Part shown: piece after piece, positions 59,846 to 64,000 of the stretch
Position numbering within the stretch: the stretch's first letter is position 1
Layout of the letters: every line of letters starts with the position of its first letter
From: Octopus vulgaris
Lineage: Eukaryota
DNA: 64,000 bases
Reading direction: 5' to 3'
Assembly: GCA_951406725.2 (NCBI GenBank)
Contig: OX597833.1
Location: 53,010,001 to 53,074,000, forward strand
Made by a program: the position numbers and the translations under genes
The notes under the pieces: model-generated
The model's input: the letters and a program-made list of their open reading frames with translations, nothing else
The model's database searches: none
Told to the model about the DNA's origin: nothing

Positions 59846-59938
<93 letters not shown>

Positions 59939-60229
59939 CTCGAGCTCGTGCGTTTGTATGTCTGTATATATGTATGTATGCATGTATATGAATATGTATT
60001 TATACTGATTCACCATCTTCCTTTTTTATCCGTAATGAAAAGAATTAATTGTTCACTGATATGTCAATGATTATTTCATGATATTGTACCTTGTTATTTT
60101 ATCAAACAAACGCTGTACATTCTGCTATTTGTTTATCTACATATGTGTGCAAACGATAACAACGTAAGCCCGGTCTCTTGAAACAGCTTTGTGTGTATGC
60201 ATGTGTGTGTGTGTGTGTGTGTGTGTTTC

Positions 60230-60880
60230 TTTTTTTCTGTAGTTGCAGCTCAGAGCTGCGGCCATGCTGATGCACCGCCATTTTGCGGTACACTGTGTTA
60301 TTACTGAGAGCCTCCTCCAATATGTGGCACTTGGTAAAGAATGGAGTTTGATGTAGCTACCCTCATTTACACCCTCTTGCCGTGAGGTAGGTTCATCTGG
60401 GACTCTCGACAGAGAGGTCCAGCTTTGATTTAAAAACATCTTACATCTACTTTGTGCAGGTTCCTCAGGCTCTTTGGGAGAATATTAAAAAGAAGTGGGG
60501 CCCTGAAACCCAGGCTGTTGCAGTAACTGGTCCTGAAGCGCGATGGCGTTGTTGGGATCTTTGGCATCTTTGAACGGAACGGCAGTGTCGTCCCGTTCTG
60601 GCATTGGTTGTTGTTGTTGTTGTTGTTGTTCTTAAGCAACAAGACGGGTAAGGGTGATTAGGTGATGGTCTAGGGCTTAGTGGCGGGAGACCCCAAACCT
60701 TGGAAAAAAATAAAACATTGGTCGTCGTCTTGTAGTCGAGGGCTCTTCGTTGCCGCTCGACACCACTGGGAGGTGACCCTCGAAGTCGCTGGAAATGGAG
60801 ACCTCCAGGTCCAAATTCTTGAACGGCTTCTGGCATTGGTGTAGCTTTCGTTTTATGTATGCAATGCCATCATAGTCGTC
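60230..60880 (-). mobile_element. CR1/L2-like LINE 3' end (same family as 57528) interrupted by an (AAC)n-tailed retroposon
   Basis: Minus translation ...YCNSLGFRAPLLFNILPKSLRNLHKVDV...SRVPDEP. The insert 60609-60827 is flanked by TSD ttctggcattggt (60596-60608, 60828-60840). Confidence 0.8.
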
Positions 60881-61054
60881 GCCACTATGGTTTATAGCAA
60901 CTACACCAAACCAACCAACAGCAATCAAGACCAATAATAATTTTCAGTCATAACAGAATAGAAGTTTCGATGGGTAGGAATGGATTAGCAGATACCAGCG
61001 ACCCTCGTACTTGTCTGGTACTTATTTTTGTCAATCTCAAAAAGATGAACAGCT

Positions 61055-61490
61055 AACTTATTTCCTTATTGCCCACAAGGGGCTAAACATACAGGGGACA
61101 AACAAGGACAGACAAAGAGATTAAGTCGATCACATCGACCCCAGTGCGTAACTGGTACTTAATTTATCGATATGGCGGCAAGCTGGCAGAAACGTTAGCA
61201 CGCCGGGCGAAATGCGTAGCCGTATTTCCTCTGCCGTTACGTTCTGAGTTCAAATTCCGCCGAGGTCGACTTTGATTTCATCCTTTGGAGGTCGATTAAA
61301 TAAGTACCAATTACGTACAGGGGTCGATATAATCGACTTAATCCGTTTATCTGTCCCTGTTTGTTCTCTCTGTGTTTAGCCCCTTCTGGTTAGTAAAGAA
61401 ATAGGTACTTAATTTATCGACCCTGAAAGGATGAAAGGCAAAGTCGACCTCGGCGGAATTTGAACTCAGAACGTAACGGCAGACGAAAAC
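61055..61490. mobile_element. SINE B (plus, 61171-61403) nested in SINE B (minus)
   Basis: 17-bp TSD ggtacttaatttatcga at 61154-61170 and 61404-61420. Confidence 0.85.
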
Positions 61491-61904
61491 ATCCGATGCA
61501 TATAAATGAACAACCAGCCATTCTGTTTTTATCATTTCGATTTTGTCTTGAAGAGTTCGATAAACGAACGAAAGCGCTAATAAAGAATTATCCAAAATCC
61601 TGACTGCCTCTTTTTTCTCAGTATATATATATCCTTCAAGTATTTCTTAAATTTATGCAACGTTGCAACATCCAATAAAATAATTGCTTATGTCTCCTTT
61701 TGTCTTCTATCCTACCTACTAAGGTACCCAGTCCAACGCATTTGATTGCGTTTGAGGAGTATCTGAATACTAGGTGTGTTGATTCACTAAAAAAACAACG
61801 GTGTCCGGGTGTTAGAGATCCTCCTAAGGCAAAGCACGGTGGAATCTTTTAAAGGCTTTCATGTGGCGACGATGTGGAGTTAAAGTATACTGAAGAGTAT
61901 AACA

Positions 61905-62263
61905 GTCGTTACGTTCTGAGTTCAAATTCCGCCGGGGTCGACTTTGCCTTTTATCCTTTGGGGGTCGATAAATAAAGTACCAGTTTCGCGCACTGGCGTC
62001 GATGTAATCGACTTAATCCGTTTGTCTGTCCTTGTTTGTCCCCTCTGTGTTTAGCCCCTTGTGGGTAATAAAGAAATAGGTATTTCGTCTGTCGTTACGT
62101 TCTGAGTTCAAATTCCGCCGGGGTCGACTTTGCCTTTTATCCTTTGGGGGTCGATAAATAAAGTACCTGTTTCGCACTGGGGTCGATGTAATCGACTTAA
62201 TCCCTTTGTCTGTCCTTGTTTGTCCCCTCTATGTTTAGCCCCTTGTGGGTGGTAAAGAAATAA
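61905..62263 (+). mobile_element. SINE family B tandem dimer, 5' truncated
   Basis: Junction aagaaatagg|tatttcgtctg at about 62080. Confidence 0.85.
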
Positions 62264-62282
62264 TAAAAGGACAGTTTAGACA

Positions 62283-63415
<1,133 letters not shown>

Positions 63416-63905
63416 TATTTCTTTACTACCCACAAGGGGCTAAACATAGAGGGGACAAACAAGGACATATATATATATATATATATATATCCCTTTATGT
63501 GTGTGTTTGTGTACACATATATATATGTGTGAAAGGGTAAAGACACCTGCTTTTGTTTTGATTTTAAGATTGCAAAAATCGACCTTGTTTGTAAAATATT
63601 TTGAAATTTGGTTTGCACCCACTAAGTAAATTTCGTTCCCGTGGTTAAGTACGGCTCAAAATATATGCAGGTTCAAAAACAAAAAAAAAATATAAATAAA
63701 CAACAACAAAAACTTCTCACGTATATTTACTTATATAATTATTGCTTATTTATTACGAAGTCCTTAAATTTTCAGTCCGTGATAAATATATTGCTCTGTT
63801 TTAGGATCTTTTCTGTTTGACCGGCAGTTTTTTCTAGCGGTGTCATATGAAATTGTCACCCATAGTTATGATCCTAGTATCGATCTATTGCATTTCAATT
63901 TGTTT

Positions 63906-63947
63906 CAGGGTTAGGGTTAGTTAGGGTTAGGGTTAGGGTTAGGGTTA
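63906..63947 (+). repeat. Short interstitial (TTAGGG)n array
   Basis: About 6 imperfect TTAGGG units followed by non-telomeric sequence. Confidence 0.85.
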
Positions 63948-64000
63948 TGTGTGGGGGGAAGAGTATCTTTTTTTCTTCACAAATGTAAATAAACCCAATC

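Noticed and set aside
63906-63947. True chromosome end
   Set aside because: Only about 6 imperfect units, with non-telomeric sequence following.

Overview
Eukaryotic (animal) genomic DNA, very AT-rich and saturated with (TA)n, (CA)n, (TATG)n, (GATA)n, (AAT)n and (GAAA)n microsatellites and tRNA-derived SINEs. The repeat landscape looks like an Octopus/coleoid cephalopod genome (inference from my recollection of these repeat families, not a database result). Only one credible host gene is present: an uninterrupted 1003-aa FoxL1-class forkhead ORF (21882-24893, +). Almost all other ORFs in the track are microsatellite artefacts. The rest is mobile DNA: several SINE families, fragments of RTE, CR1/L2-like and RLE-type LINEs, a decayed Penelope-like element (RT + GIY-YIG), a Tc1 fragment, a cytochrome b NUMT and several local duplications. 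The most striking pattern is a recurring set of short non-coding fold-back (inverted-repeat) modules in or beside (TA)n tracts, most carrying type I hammerhead-ribozyme cores. One has both arms longer than one circularly permuted 363-nt unit, which suggests a Penelope-mobilised, retrozyme-like system. All folding and alignments were done by eye and coordinates of repeat edges are approximate.
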